From: Ranitomeya imitator
Taxonomy: Eukaryota
Assembly (NCBI RefSeq): GCF_032444005.1
Contig: NC_091289.1
Coordinates: 4,836,001 to 4,900,000, forward strand
Length of the DNA: 64,000 nt
Direction: 5' to 3'
Below are positions 1 to 20,296 of this stretch, piece after piece. Position 1 is the stretch's first letter; every line of letters begins with the position of its first letter. The position numbers and the translations under genes are program-made. Below the pieces are notes generated by a model, which saw only the letters and a list, made by a program, of their open reading frames with translations, was not told the origin of the DNA and made no database searches.

Positions 1-1127
1 AGCCCCCGAGCACCGCCATAACCGCCCGTCCTGGGGGCGACATACAGAGAGGGATCAGCCCCCGAGCACCGCCATAACCGCCCGTTCTGGGGGCGACATA
101 CAGAGAGGGATCAGCCCCCGAGCACCGCCATAACCGCCCGTCCTGGGGGTGACGTACAGAGCGGGATCAGCCCCCGAGCACCGCCATAACCGCCCGTCCT
201 GGGGGTGACGTACAGAGAGGGATCAGCCCCCGAGCACCGCCATAACCGCCCGTCCTGGGGGAGACGTACAGAGAGGGATCAGCCCCCGAGCACCGCCATA
301 ACCGCCCGTCCTGGGGGTGACATACAGAGCGGGATCAGCCCCCGAGCACCGCCATAACCGCCCGTCCTGGGGGTGACATACAGAGCGGGATCAGCCCCCG
401 AGCACCGCCATAACCGCCCGTCCTGGGGGGGGGGGCGACGTACAGAGCGGGATCAGCCCCCGAGCACCGCCATAACCGCCCGTCCTGGGGGTGACGTACA
501 GAGCGGGATCAGCCCCCGAGCACCGCCATAACCGCCCGTCCTGGGGGTGACATACAGAGCGGGATCAGCCCCCGAGCACCGCCATAACCGCCCGTCCTGG
601 GGGGGGGGGTGACATACAGAGCGGGATCAGCCCCCGAGCACCGCCATAACCGCCCGTCCTGGGGGTGACGTACAGAGCGGGATCAGCCCCCGAGCACCGC
701 CATAACCGCCCGTCCTGGGGGAGACATACAGAGAGGGATCAGCCCCCGAGCACCGCCATAACCGCCCGTCCTGGGGGCGACATACAGAGAGGGATCAGCC
801 CCCGAGCACCGCCATAACCGCCCGTCCTGGGGGCGACGTACAGAGAGGGATCAGCCCCCGAGCACCGACATAACCGCCCGTCCTGGGGGAGACGTACAGA
901 GCGGGATCAGCCCCCGAGCACCGCCATAACCGCCCGTCCTGGGGGAGACGTACAGAGCGGGATCAGCCCCCGAGCACCGCCATAACCGCCCGTCCTGGGG
1001 GTGACATACAGAGCGGGATCAGCCCCCGAGCACCGCCATAACCGCCCGTCCTGGGGGTGACGTATAGAGCGGGATCAGCCCCCGAGCACCGCCATAACCG
1101 CCCGTCCTGGGGGCGACATACAGAGCG
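1..1127. repeat. 56-bp minisatellite, ~20 copies, runs off the window start
   Basis: Unit GGGATCAGCCCCCGAGCACCGCCATAACCGCCCGTCCTGGGGGTGACGTACAGAGC. Confidence 0.97.
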
Positions 1128-1221
1128 AGATTTTAATTTTTACTCCAAAAAGGTGCAAAAGAAAAACGAAAAATGAGCTTTGATTTAGGTGCAAGGCTCA
1201 GAAGCTGGCGAGCAACAGACA

Positions 1222-1803
1222 GGGGAGAGGGGGCAAAGACCCTCCATAATGGGGAGGAGAGGGGCCAAAGACCCTCCATAATGGGGAGGAGAGGGGGCAA
1301 AGACCCTCCATAATGGGGAGGAGAGGGGGCAAAGACCCTCCATAATGGGGTGGAGAGGGGGCCAAAGACCCTCCATAATGGGGTGGAGAGGGGGCAAAGA
1401 CCCTCCATAATGGGGAGGAGAGGGGGGCCAAAGACCCTCCATAATGGGGTGGAGAGGGGGCAAAGACCCTCCATAATGGGGAGGAGAGGGGGCAAAGACC
1501 CTCCATAATGGGGAGGAGAGGAGGCAAAGACCCTCCATAATGGGGTGGAGAGGAGGCAAAGACCCTCCATAATGGGGAGGAGAGGGGGCAAAGACCCTCC
1601 ATAACGGGGAGGAGAGGAGGCAAAGACCCTCCATAATGGGGTGGAGAGGGGGCCAAAGACCCTCCATAATGGGGTGGAGAGGGGGCAAAGACCCTCCATA
1701 ATGGGGAGGAGAGGGGGCAAAGACCCTCCATAATGGGGAGGAGAGGAGGCAAAGACCCTCCATAATGGGGTGGAGAGGAGGCAAAGACCCTCCATAATGG
1801 GGA
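1222..1803. repeat. ~33-bp minisatellite, ~17 copies
   Basis: Unit GGGGGCAAAGACCCTCCATAATGGGGAGGAGAG. Confidence 0.95.
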
Positions 1804-2039
1804 GCGTAGAGCGATGGCGACTCCAGGCTGCAGCCCCGCCGGCGATGCGTCTCACAGCTGAGGGTTTGTTACACTTGTATCCACCTGACCACACACTGAC
1901 ACACTGTAACACACCCTCAGCTGTGAGGCGTCAGCTCAGGGCAGGAAACCAACAGTGGCCGCGTTCACTGACAGCAGAGATCTGAGCACAGAACATATAG
2001 AGCCGTGATGCCGAGACTCCCCGCCGCCTCCTCCTGACT

Positions 2040-2393
2040 CGCAGGTCTCCTCCCGTGCTGGGACTTGTAGTCCTGCTCGGCCTCGCCCATTACCCGCAGT
2101 CTCAACCCTCCCGCGGGGCTCCCGGACGTCTCTTCTGTCTCCCGCTTTCCGGAAATGCCCGGCTGCTGCTGCCCCCCATCCACAGGCCTCATTTGGTACA
2201 GCTCCTGTCAATCACCAGGAGGCCCCGCCCATCAATTTGGTGTTCTCGGGTTTGAATGCGGATTCTGCACTTTTGAATGGCTGACAATAGACCAATGAGC
2301 GCACAGGGGCGGGGCCGGAATGGGAGAGAGGCTTGAGGCGCAACCAAGCTGGTTGGTGCAGGACGAGGACGTGGGAACCTGAAGAAGCAGAAG

Positions 2394-2394
<1 letters not shown>
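2040..2394 (+). promoter_or_regulatory. CpG-rich TATA-less promoter and probable first (5' UTR) exon of NPRL2
   Basis: ZNF143/THAP11-type motif GGACTACAAGTCCCAGCA on - strand 2056-2073; palindromic ETS TTCCGGAA 2147-2154; GC boxes 2221-2230 and 2306-2315; CCAAT 2292-2296; donor AGA|GTGAGT at 2395. TSS not determined. Confidence 0.65.
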
Positions 2395-10534
<8,140 letters not shown>

Positions 10535-10937
10535 TGGGAGCGATGGCGTGACCCTCGGGAGCACAGACTGACGCCCAGAAGTAGCAGACCTCGCTCACGC
10601 TATTCATGGATTTCTAGACTCGGAAGTATTCAGTGATTTTCAGTTGAAGCTCGTTTTTACCTTTTGCTCAGATGATGAACGTGTCCGGGGTGAGGTGTCC
10701 CCTAACGCACAGAGAAGACATTGCGAGACCTTGTAAACATAGATAAGTGCCTGCATCTTGGCGGACACTACAGACTTTCCTCTACCATGAAACTTTATTC
10801 AATGTATCTGACACTGTAATACAAGGTCAATGGTGTAACATGGGGGCCACAAGGGCCAAAGTCTTGGGTGCAAAATTTTGCAACTCCCTCAATGCCGCTC
10901 TGTTATCAACAGATGCTTGCAAGCACCACTCAGAGCA

Positions 10938-11840
10938 GCGTGGGCTCTGCGTCATGAGCTGCTGCTGGGCTCTGCGTCGTGAGCTGCTGCTGGGCTCTGC
11001 GGCGTGAGCTGCTGCTGGGCTCTGCGGCGTGAGCTGCTGCTGGGCTCTGCGGCGTGAGCTGCTGCTGGGCTCTGCGGCGTGAGCTGCTGCTGGGCTCTGC
11101 GGCGTGAGCTGCTGCTGGGCTCTGCGCCGTGAGCTGCTGCTGGGCTCTGCGCCGTGAGCTGCTGCTGGGCTCTGCGCCGTGAGCTGCTGCTGGGCTCTGC
11201 GCCGTGAGCTGCTGCTGGGCTCTGCGCCGTGAGCTGCTGCTGGGCTCTGCGTCGCAAGCTGCTAGACTGTCATTAGCTGCTGCTGGGCTCTGCGCCATTT
11301 GCTGCTGAGCGCTGCGTCGCAAGCTGCTAGACTGTCATTAGCTGCTACTGGGCTCTGCGTCATTAGCTGCTGTGCTCTGCATCATTCGTTGTTGGGCTCG
11401 AAGTCATTAGTTGATGGCCTCTGTGTCATTTGCTACACTCTGCATCAGTAGTGGCTGCTGGGCTCTCCGTTATTAGCTGCTGCTGGGCTTTGCGTCATTT
11501 GCTGCTGGACTCTCCGTTATTAGCTGCTGCTGGGCTCTGCGTAATTAGCTGCACTCTGCATCAGTAACGGCTGTTGCACTCTGCATCATTTGCTGCTGGG
11601 CTCTGCGTCATGAGCTGCTGCTGGGCTCTGCGTAATTAGCTGCTGCTGGGCTCTGCGTAATTAGCTGCACTCTGCGTCAGTAATGGCTGTTGCACTCTGC
11701 ATCATTTGCTGCTGGGCTCTGCATCAGTAGTGGCTGCTGTGCTCTGCGTAATTAGCTGCACTCTGCGTCAGTAACGGCTGTTGCACTCTGCATCATTTGC
11801 TGCTGGGCTCTGTCAGTATCGGCTGCTGGGCTCTGCATCA
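10938..11840. repeat. 25-bp CTG-rich minisatellite, in probable NPRL2 3' UTR
   Basis: Unit GAGCTGCTGCTGGGCTCTGCG(G/C)CGT; homogeneous to ~11250, degenerate afterwards. Confidence 0.92.
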
Positions 11841-11966
11841 GTAGCGGCTGAGATGCAGAGCATCTGATCCAAGTGCAGTGAGCACACTAAATTGCCGCCT
11901 CTTTCATTGCTTTCGTGGTTTTACAATCTTTGTTAATAGGGATTGGGTTCGGGTTTTGTCTGCAGC

Positions 11967-12017
11967 AATAAAATTGTTACATAAAGGAAAAAAAACAAAA
12001 ACAGAAAATGTAATAAA
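11967..12017 (+). terminator. Candidate NPRL2 polyadenylation signals
   Basis: AATAAA at 11967-11972 and 12012-12017, the first I found after the stop codon; usage unverified. Confidence 0.4.
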
Positions 12018-13119
12018 AACACAAAACAGCCAGAGAAATGTTTAATCTTTATGTTCCTAATTGAATTCAGGTCTCTATGTGATCTGACTCCAGATTCTGT
12101 GTCTGAATGAAGCTGCCTGCTGAATATAACACTGGCCCCCTTCACCCCCATGGTGGTCCGCCTTTCTCTCCTGAGCGCTGATGCGTCTTCTGTTTTATCT
12201 TGGTCTTTTCAGCAGATGTCTCTTGCTGCCAGTGGTCTGGACGTGGCCCCTTAGAGACGTTCGTGACACTTGTACTTTCTGACAGTCCCTTGCGTTGCTC
12301 GGATTTCTGCATTCTGCTGACTTTTCTGTCCGTGGTTTCATCCGCTTTACAGGGTTGCTGGATCCTGGCGATGTGGATACGGGAACAGTAACACCAGATC
12401 TTTTCTAAAGACAATGTAATCCATGTAGCGTGTGCAGCGGATGATGCAGGGCTCGTGCATGTCATGGAGTGTCAGCTCTTCTGATTGCAGAGTTATAGTT
12501 CTGCAGCCGCCGGTGCGATGTCCTTCCCTCCTTTATACTCCGCTATGGTTGGGGTTAGACGCCACCTGCACGATGTGAATACCATCACCAGCCGCTATTG
12601 TGGAGGAAGATCCTCATTACTGGATGACCCTACTGGACCTGGGGACGATGGGAGAAGTGTCCGGACCAGGTGCAGTGGGATGAGCTCCAGGCCTGGACCC
12701 GAGGGACAGGTACAGGGTGCACTTATTTATTGTATATCTATTACAATAATTGCAGGTCTCTGCTCTGCACTATAGCCGGATTTGTGTGCAGCGTTGGCTC
12801 TGTAGCGGTGCCGCGGCGCTGTGAACACGGAGGCCTGTAGGGACGAGCATTGTTGTGCTGGCAGCAGTGTAAGCGATCCCCGCCGGCTCCCTTGTGAGGG
12901 GGTCGCCCAATATTCGCACATTGGACGCTTCCTTCTGAGAACAGTCGCCTGTACACCGCCGGGTTGACTCTATTGTGAACATGGCCGCCAGTCTATTGTA
13001 ATCCTGGACAACTACTTTAATCCTCTGATTAGACCAACGCCCCAGACGTCTGCCGGGTCTTGTTTTTTTTTTTTTTTTTCCTTCCATCTTGTCCTGGATT
13101 TGATTCTTTTCAGTTTTAA

Positions 13120-13540
13120 GGTACCGTTACCCTAAACGACTTAGCAACGATCACGAGCAGCGATACGACCTGGCCGTGATCGTTGGTAAGTCGTTGTGTG
13201 GTCGCTGGGGAGCTGTCACACAGACGGCTCTCTCCAGCGACCAACAATCAGGGGAAAGACTTCGGCATCGTTGAAACTGTCTTCAACGATGCCGAAGTCC
13301 CCCTGCAGCACCCGGGTAACCAGGGTAAACATCGGGTTACTAAATGCAGGGCCGCGCTTAGTAACCTGATATTTACCCTGGTTACCATTGTAAAAAAAAA
13401 AAAAACCAGTACATACTCACATTCCGATGTCTGTCACGTGCCCCGGCGTCAGCTTCCCGCACTGACTGTGAGCGCCGGCCGTAAAGCAGAGCGGTGACGT
13501 CACCGCTGTGCTCTGCTTTCTGGCCGGCGCCGCTGACATA
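13120..13540. mobile_element. Truncated MITE of the same family as 24259-24984
   Basis: TAA|GGTACCGTTAC start; shared GGTAACCAGGGTAAACATCGGGTTACTAA and AAAGCAGAGCGGTGACGTCACCGCT motifs; right arm missing. Confidence 0.7.
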
Positions 13541-14465
13541 TTCCGTAGCACTGTACATTGGTAGCTCTGCAGCATCTTCTGTTCTACCTCTACAGTCAGT
13601 TGACACCAAAAGGCTTTGGGGACTTTTTTTTTTTTTGTCTGCAACGTGTTGCATGTTAAACCAGGACGCCTTTCTGCTACGCCGCTCCCTCGTGTTGGAT
13701 AAGTTGTGCTTCCTACCAGCAGCCACCCTGGGAAACTGACGCAGGCAGTCGGCTGCCATCTTTACCCTTCTATGACCCTCAGGCTGGACCTTATAGCAGA
13801 TTATCACTTATACTATATGGGTCAATACAGCAGTAATGCAGCGTGTAAGATCCAGTGACTGAGAGGGGGCTGCAGAGCGGGGGCTGGTGAGCGGGAGCTG
13901 CAGAGCGGGGGCTGGTGAGAGGGGAGCTGCAGAGCGGGGACTGCTGAGCGCGGGCTGCAGAGCTGGAGTTGTGGAGCGGGGGCCTCACGTAGGTGCAGAG
14001 TTAAATACAGCATCCTTGTGTAACACGAGCAGAGTTTGGTCTTTTCCTTACTAGGTTTCCATTGTTTTTCTGCTTTTATCTTTACCCATAAGTCTGTGCT
14101 CCATGGACGATGCTCCTGTGAGATGTCTGCAGGCCTTGAGCAGCCGTGTGAGGGTGAATATATCTGCGCTCCATGTCAGCCACTTACGTGTTTGGATCCA
14201 GATAATGGATCTATATGTGCAGCTGGTAACACACAGGAGCATTGCAAACGGGGAGAGGAGTTTCCAGCTCACTGAGCGGCTCTGGCTGGGGCCAGTGATA
14301 TGGAGGTGGGGAAGATCAGGACCCCCCAGGAGTAAGTAGCTGGGTAACAGGTAGGGGAAAGGTGTTGGGGAGCCTAGTCCTGATCTGGCACAACCTAGTA
14401 ACTATGCCTGTGTGGCTGATATTAGAAAGGCAGGCCCAGGACTGTGATTGCTACAGCAGGCTGGG

Positions 14466-14740
14466 AATAATAATAATCTTTATTTTTTTATATAGCGCTA
14501 ACATATTCCGCAGCGCTTTACAGGTTGCACACATTATCATCGCTGTCCCCGATGGGGCTCACAATCTACATTCCCTATCAGTATGTCTTTGGAATGTGGG
14601 AGGAAACAGGAGAACCCGGAGGAAACCCACGCAAACACGAGGAGAACATACAAACTCTTTGCAGATGTCGTCCTGGGTGGGATTAGAACCCAGGACTCCA
14701 GCGCTGCAAGGCTGTTGTGTTATCCACTGCGTCACCGTAC
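14466..14740 (-). mobile_element. tRNA-derived SINE (V-SINE type)
   Basis: Reverse strand reads A-box-like GACGCAGTGG, B-box GGTTCTAATCC, V-domain-like GCGTGGGTTTCCTCCGGGTTCTCCTGTTTCCTCCCACA, and an AATAAA/(TTA)n tail. Confidence 0.8.
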
Positions 14741-14814
14741 AGTGCTAACCACTGAGCCACCATACAGTGCTATCCACTGAGCCACCGTGCTGCCCAACAT
14801 ATCTCCCGTGCTGG

Positions 14815-15369
14815 GAACAATGGGGACTGCAGGGATCTGTGCCGGGACCAGTGGGAACCGCAGGGATCTGTGCCGGGACCAGTGGGAACCGCAGGGATCT
14901 GTGCCGGGAGCAGCGGGAACCGCAGGCGTCTGTACCGGGAGCAGCGGGAACCGCAGGCGTCTGTACCGGGAGCAGTGGGCACCGCAGGGATCTGTGCCGG
15001 GACCAGTGGGGACCGCAGGGATCTGTGCCGGGACCAGTGGGGACCGCAGGGATCTGTGCCGGGACCAGTGGGAACCGCAGGGATCTGTGCCGGGACCAGT
15101 GGGAACCGCAGGGATCTGTGCCGGGACCAGTGGGAACCGCAGGGATCTGTGCCGGGACCAGTGGGAACCGCAGGGATCTGTGCCGGGACCAGTGGGAACC
15201 GCAGGGATCTGTGCCGGGACCAGTGGGAACCGCAGGGATCTGTGCCGGGACCAGTGGGAACCGCAGGGATCTGTGCCGGGACCAGTGGGAACCGCAGGGA
15301 TCTGTGCCGGGACCAGTGGGAACCGCAGGGATCTGTGCCGGGACCAGTGGGAACCGCAGGGATCTGTGC
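14815..15369. repeat. 31-bp minisatellite, ~18 copies
   Basis: Unit GGGACCAGTGGGAACCGCAGGGATCTGTGCC. Confidence 0.95.
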
Positions 15370-15639
15370 TAGGACCGATGTTTTTTTTTTTAACCTCTTT
15401 ATTAATGACCTTGTGGGTGGATTGACAGTGAAGTGTCCGTCTGATTCTTATTATTTGCTGACAACACCAAACCATGTAGGATATAAAGTCTGACCCTGAC
15501 ATTACAATATTACAGAACGCTCTGCATGAGACGTCTGATGGGCAAACACTTGTTGGAATGTAATCAGAGGCCGGAGGAATCCTACAGCTACATATACATT
15601 AGATGGGAGAATACTCACATACAGGACAGGAGGCCGGGA

Positions 15640-16296
15640 GACTCTGGGCACAGGTCAGCTGAGCCGCAATACTCAATGTCAAGCAGCAGCTGCAGAAGCA
15701 AACAAGATTGTAGGGTGTATAAAAAGAGAAAATATCCAAATCCCAACATATTGATACTCATTTTTAAATCACTGGTGAGGCCACATGTAGAATATGGGAA
15801 CCAGTTTTGGGCTCTACATTTTAAAAAAATTATATTCCAAAGGTACAGTCAGTGCAAAGGCGGCGACTAGATTATTAGACGGGATGAAGCCCTCCTGTAT
15901 GATGGGAAGTTGGAGCAGATGGGCTTGTTTAGCTTAGAAAAAAAGACGTCTCAGGAGATCTCATTTACATGGATGAATACATGTGTGGTCAGTACAACGG
16001 CCGGCACAGGACTTATTCCTGCCAAACACCGTACTAAGGACCAGGGGGCAATCATTACGGGTGGAAGAAAGGCGATTCTGGCAGCTAAACAGGAAAGGGT
16101 TCTTTACAGTTAGAGCAGTCAGACTGTGGATTGCCGACCACAGGAGGTAATAATGGCCGACACTAGAACAGCTCTAATACAAAGGTGAGATATGTACTCT
16201 GGATAACAGTGGGGGTAAATTAGTGACAAAATGTGTAATTAGTGGAGAAAGGATGAATTTAATGGGCCGGGGTCTTATTCAACCAATGTAACTATG
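15640..16296 (+). mobile_element. CR1-type LINE 3' fragment
   Basis: Peptide IFKSLVRPHVEYGNQFWALHFKK then EQMGLFSLEK; ends in AATGTAACTATG-type tail; frameshifted. Confidence 0.75.
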
Positions 16297-16591
16297 GCAA
16301 ACAATAAATAAGGAAAATTAAGGGGTTAAACGTACAGTAAGCTGAACTACATGTTATAACACGCACGTGGTTTTGATGAAGACTATGGCTGCGGGCTCAC
16401 TGCCGATGTCACCACCATGTACACCTGCTGCCAGTCTGACCCCTGTGCCATGACGGTGCCACCAGAGCGAGCGCACAAGTCCCAGGGGTCGTGCAGCACA
16501 TGGCTCAACACTTGCATCATTCCTGCCCGCAGGACGCACGCGTCTGATGTCTACAATGAGGAATTATGTGCGATACCGTCACATTGCGGCA

Positions 16592-17380
16592 CAGGACGCA
16601 CCAACATCACACATCAGCAGAGCGCGGAAGGACACGAGGACGCAGCAACATCACACATCAGCAGAGCGTGGAAGGACACGAGGACGCACCAACATCACAC
16701 ATCAGCAGAGCGTGGAAGGACACGAGGACGCACCAACATCACACATCAGCAGAGCGTGGAAGAACACGAGCGAGGACGCAGCAACATCACACATCAGCAG
16801 AGCGTGGAAGGACACGAGGACGCACCAACATCACACATCAGCAGAGCGTGGAAGGACACGAGGACGCACCAACATCACACATCAGCAGAGCGTGGAAGGA
16901 CACGAGGACGCAGCAACATCACACATCAGCAGAGCGTGGAAGGACACGAGGACGCACCAACATCACACATCAGCAGAGCGTGGAAGGACACGAGGACGCA
17001 CCAACATCACACATCAGCAGAGCGTGGAAGAACACGAGCGAGGACGCAGCAACATCACACATCAGCAGAGCGTGGAAGGACACGAGGACGCACCAACATC
17101 ACACATCAGCAGAGCGTGGAAGGACACGAGGACGCACCAACATCACACATCAGCAGAGCGTGGAAGGACACGAGGACGCGCCAACATCACACATCAGCAG
17201 AGCGTGGAAGGACACGAGGACGCAGCAACATCACACATCAGCAGAGCGTGGAAGGACAGGAGGACGCACTAACATCACACATCAGCAGAGCGTGGAAGGA
17301 CACGCTAACATCACACATCCGCAGAGCGTGGAAGGACACGAGGACGCGCCAACATCACACATCAGCAGAGCGTGGAAGGA
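16592..17380. repeat. 44-bp minisatellite, ~18 copies
   Basis: Unit CAGCAGAGCGTGGAAGGACACGAGGACGCA(C/G)CAACATCACACAT. Confidence 0.95.
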
Positions 17381-17664
17381 CGGTCCGGGCTTTTCCAGTT
17401 GGTTTTCTTTTCAGTCATTTTCTGCCTGTGGTTTTTGTAGCGACTTTTTTTCACTGTAATTTTTTTTGTTCATTCCATTGAATAATGAAGAGCTAATGGT
17501 TATTTAAGCAAAAATTATGGCAAAACACTCCAGCAGACATCTGTAAAATACAGAGCGTTCTCTGAGCGGAAAATGCCAACAACAGATTAGTCATTTATTG
17601 TAGCTGCTTGGTGTTTTTATAAACCTTAAGATGTTCATTGTGAAAACCGGGTTGGTTTTATATA

Positions 17665-19271
17665 CAGTGGGGCAAAAAAGTATTTAGTCAGTCAGCAATA
17701 GTGCAAGTTCCACCATTTAAAAAGATGAGAGGCGTCTGTAATTTACATCATAGGTAGACCTCAACTATGGGAGACAAACCGAGAATAAAAAATCCAGAAA
17801 ATCACATTGTCTGTTTTTTTATCATTTTATTTGCATATTATGGTGGAAAATAAGTATTTGGTCAGAAACAAACAATCAAGATTTCTGGCTCTCACAGACC
17901 TGTAACTTCTTCTTTAAGAGTCTCCTCTTTCCTCCACTCATTACCTGTAGTAATGGCACCTGTTTAAACTTGTTATCAGTATAAAAAGACACCTGTGCAC
18001 ACCCTCAAACAGTCTGACTCCAAACTCCACTATGGTGAAGACCAAAGAGCTGTCAAAGGACACCAGAAACAAAATTGTAGCCCTGCACCAGGCTGGGAAG
18101 ACTGAATCTGCAATAGCCAACCAGCTTGGAGTGAAGAAATCAACAGTGGGAGCAATAATTAGAAAATGGAAGACATACAAGACCACTGATAATCTCCCTC
18201 GATCTGGGGCTCCACGCAAAATCCCACCCCGTGGGGTCAGAATGATCACAAGAACGGTGAGCAAAAATCCCAGAACCACGCGGGGGGACCTAGTGAATGA
18301 ACTGCAGAGAGCTGGGACCAATGTAACAAGGCCTACCATAAGTAACACACTACGCCACCATGGACTCAGATCCTGCAGTGCCAGACGTGTCCCACTGCTT
18401 AAGCCAGTACATGTCCGGGCCCGTCTGAAGTTTGCTAGAGAGCATTTGGATGATCCAGAGGAGTTTTTGGGAGAATGTCCTATGGTCTGATGAAACCAAA
18501 CTGGAACTGTTTGGTAGAAACACAACTTGTCATGTTTGGAGGAAAAAGAATACTGAGTTGCATCCATCAAACACCATACCTACTGTAAAGCATGGTGGTG
18601 GAAACATCATGCTTTGGGGCTGTTTCTCTGCAAAGGGGCCAGGACGACTGATCCGGGTACATGAAAGAATGAATGGGGCCATGTATCGTGAGATTTTGAG
18701 TGCAAACCTCCTTCCATCAGCAAGGGCATTGAAGATGAAACGTGGCTGGGTCTTTCAACATGACAATGATCCAAAGCACACCGCCAGGGCAACGAAGGAG
18801 TGGCTTCGTAAGAAGCATTTCAAGGTCCTGGAGTGGCCTAGCCAGTCTCCAGATCTCAACCCTATAGAAAACCTTTGGAGGGAGTTGAAAGTCCGTGTTG
18901 CAAAGCGAAAAGCCCAAAACATCACTGCTCTAGAGGAGATCTGCATGGAGGAATGGGCCAACATACCAACATCAGTGTGTGGCAACCTTGTGAAGACTTA
19001 CAGAAAATGTTTGACCTCTGTCATTGCCAACAAAGGATATATTACAAAGTATTGAGATGAAATTTTGTTTCTCACCAAATACTTATTTTCCACCATAATA
19101 TGCAAATAAAATGATAAAAAAACAGACAATGTGATTTTCTGGATTTTTTTTTCTCAGTTTGTCTCCCATAGTTGAGGTCTACCTATGATGTAAATTACAG
19201 ACGCCTCTCATCTTTTTAAGTGGTGGAGCTTGCACTATTGCTGACTGACTAAATACTTTTTTGCCCCACTG
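17665..19271 (+). mobile_element. Full-length Tc1-family (Passport-like, IR/DR type) DNA transposon, 1607 bp
   Basis: TA on both flanks (17663-17664, 19272-19273); ~208-bp TIRs starting CAGTGGGGCAAAAAAGTATTTAGTCAG with about 5 differences by eye; inner direct repeat AATAAGTATTTGGT; central transposase. Confidence 0.95.
18032..19055 (+). pseudogene. Tc1 transposase, DD34E, single +1 frameshift
   Basis: ORFs 18032-18490 (paired-like [19 protein letters not shown]...) and 18432-19055 ([26 protein letters not shown]) join into 340 aa if one T is removed from the T5 run at 18464-18468. Confidence 0.9.
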
Positions 19272-19423
19272 TAGATGCACGTGGTCATTCTGCTAAGGGG
19301 TTTCAACAGGTTTTTCCAGGCAGAATCCGCGTGAAAATGCCATTGTGTGCACATAGCCACAGTGTGAGAATGCAATCCTCCTACTGAACCCCACAGACTA
19401 TAACCCCCTGCAGGTACTCCAGC

Positions 19424-20296
19424 TGCTGTATACAGAGGCTGGGCCTCCTCTGGCAGAGCGGACACCTGCCGTATACAGAGGCTGGGCCTCCTCCGGCAGA
19501 GCGGACACCTGCCGTGTACAGAGGCTGGGCCTCCTCCGGCAGAGTGGACACCTGCCGTGTACAGAGGCTGGGCCTCCTCCGGCAGAGCGGACACCTGCCG
19601 TGTACAGAGGCTGGGCCTCCTCCGGCAGAGCGGACACCTGCCGTGTACAGAGGCTGGGCCTCCTCCGGCAGAGCGGACACCTGCCGTGTACAGAGGCTGG
19701 GCCTCCTCCGGCAGAGCGGACACCTGCCGTATACAGAGGCTGGGCCTCCTCCGGCAGAGCGGACACCTGCCGTATAGAGGCTGGGCCTCCTCCGGCAGAG
19801 CGGACACCTGCCGTGTACAGAGGCTGGGCCTCCTCCGGCAGAGCGGACACCTGCCGTGTACAGAGGCTGGGCCTCCTCCGGCAGAGCGGACACCTGCCGT
19901 GTACAGAGGCTGGGCCTCCTCCGGCAGAGCGGACACCTGCCGTGTACAGAGGCTGGGCCTCCTCCGGCAGAGCGGACACCTGCCGTGTACAGAGGCTGGG
20001 CCTCCTCCGGCAGAGCGGACACCTGCCGTGTACAGAGGCTGGGCCTCCTCCGGCAGAGCGGACACCTGCCGTGTACAGAGGCTGGGCCTCCTCCGGCAGA
20101 GCGGACACCTGCCGTGTACAGAGGCTGGGCCTCCTCCGGCAGAGCGGACACCTGCCGTGTACAGAGGCTGGGCCTCCTCCGGCAGAGCGGACACCTGCCG
20201 TATACAGAGGCTGGGCCTCCTCCGGCAGAGCGGACACCTGCCGTATACAGAGGCTGGGCCTCCTCCGGCAGAGCGGACACCTGCTGTATACAGAGG
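19424..20296. repeat. 43-bp minisatellite, ~20 copies
   Basis: Unit GT(G/A)TACAGAGGCTGGGCCTCCTCCGGCAGAGCGGACACCTGCC. Confidence 0.96.

Noticed and set aside
1-1127. Regular arrays resembling CRISPR repeats
   Set aside because: Units are head-to-tail with no unique spacers, there are no cas genes, and the context is a eukaryotic intron-exon locus; the same applies to the other arrays
1936-2211. Minus-strand ORFs as a possible CYB561D2 first coding exon
   Set aside because: No frame gave a convincing match to the recalled CYB561D2 N-terminus
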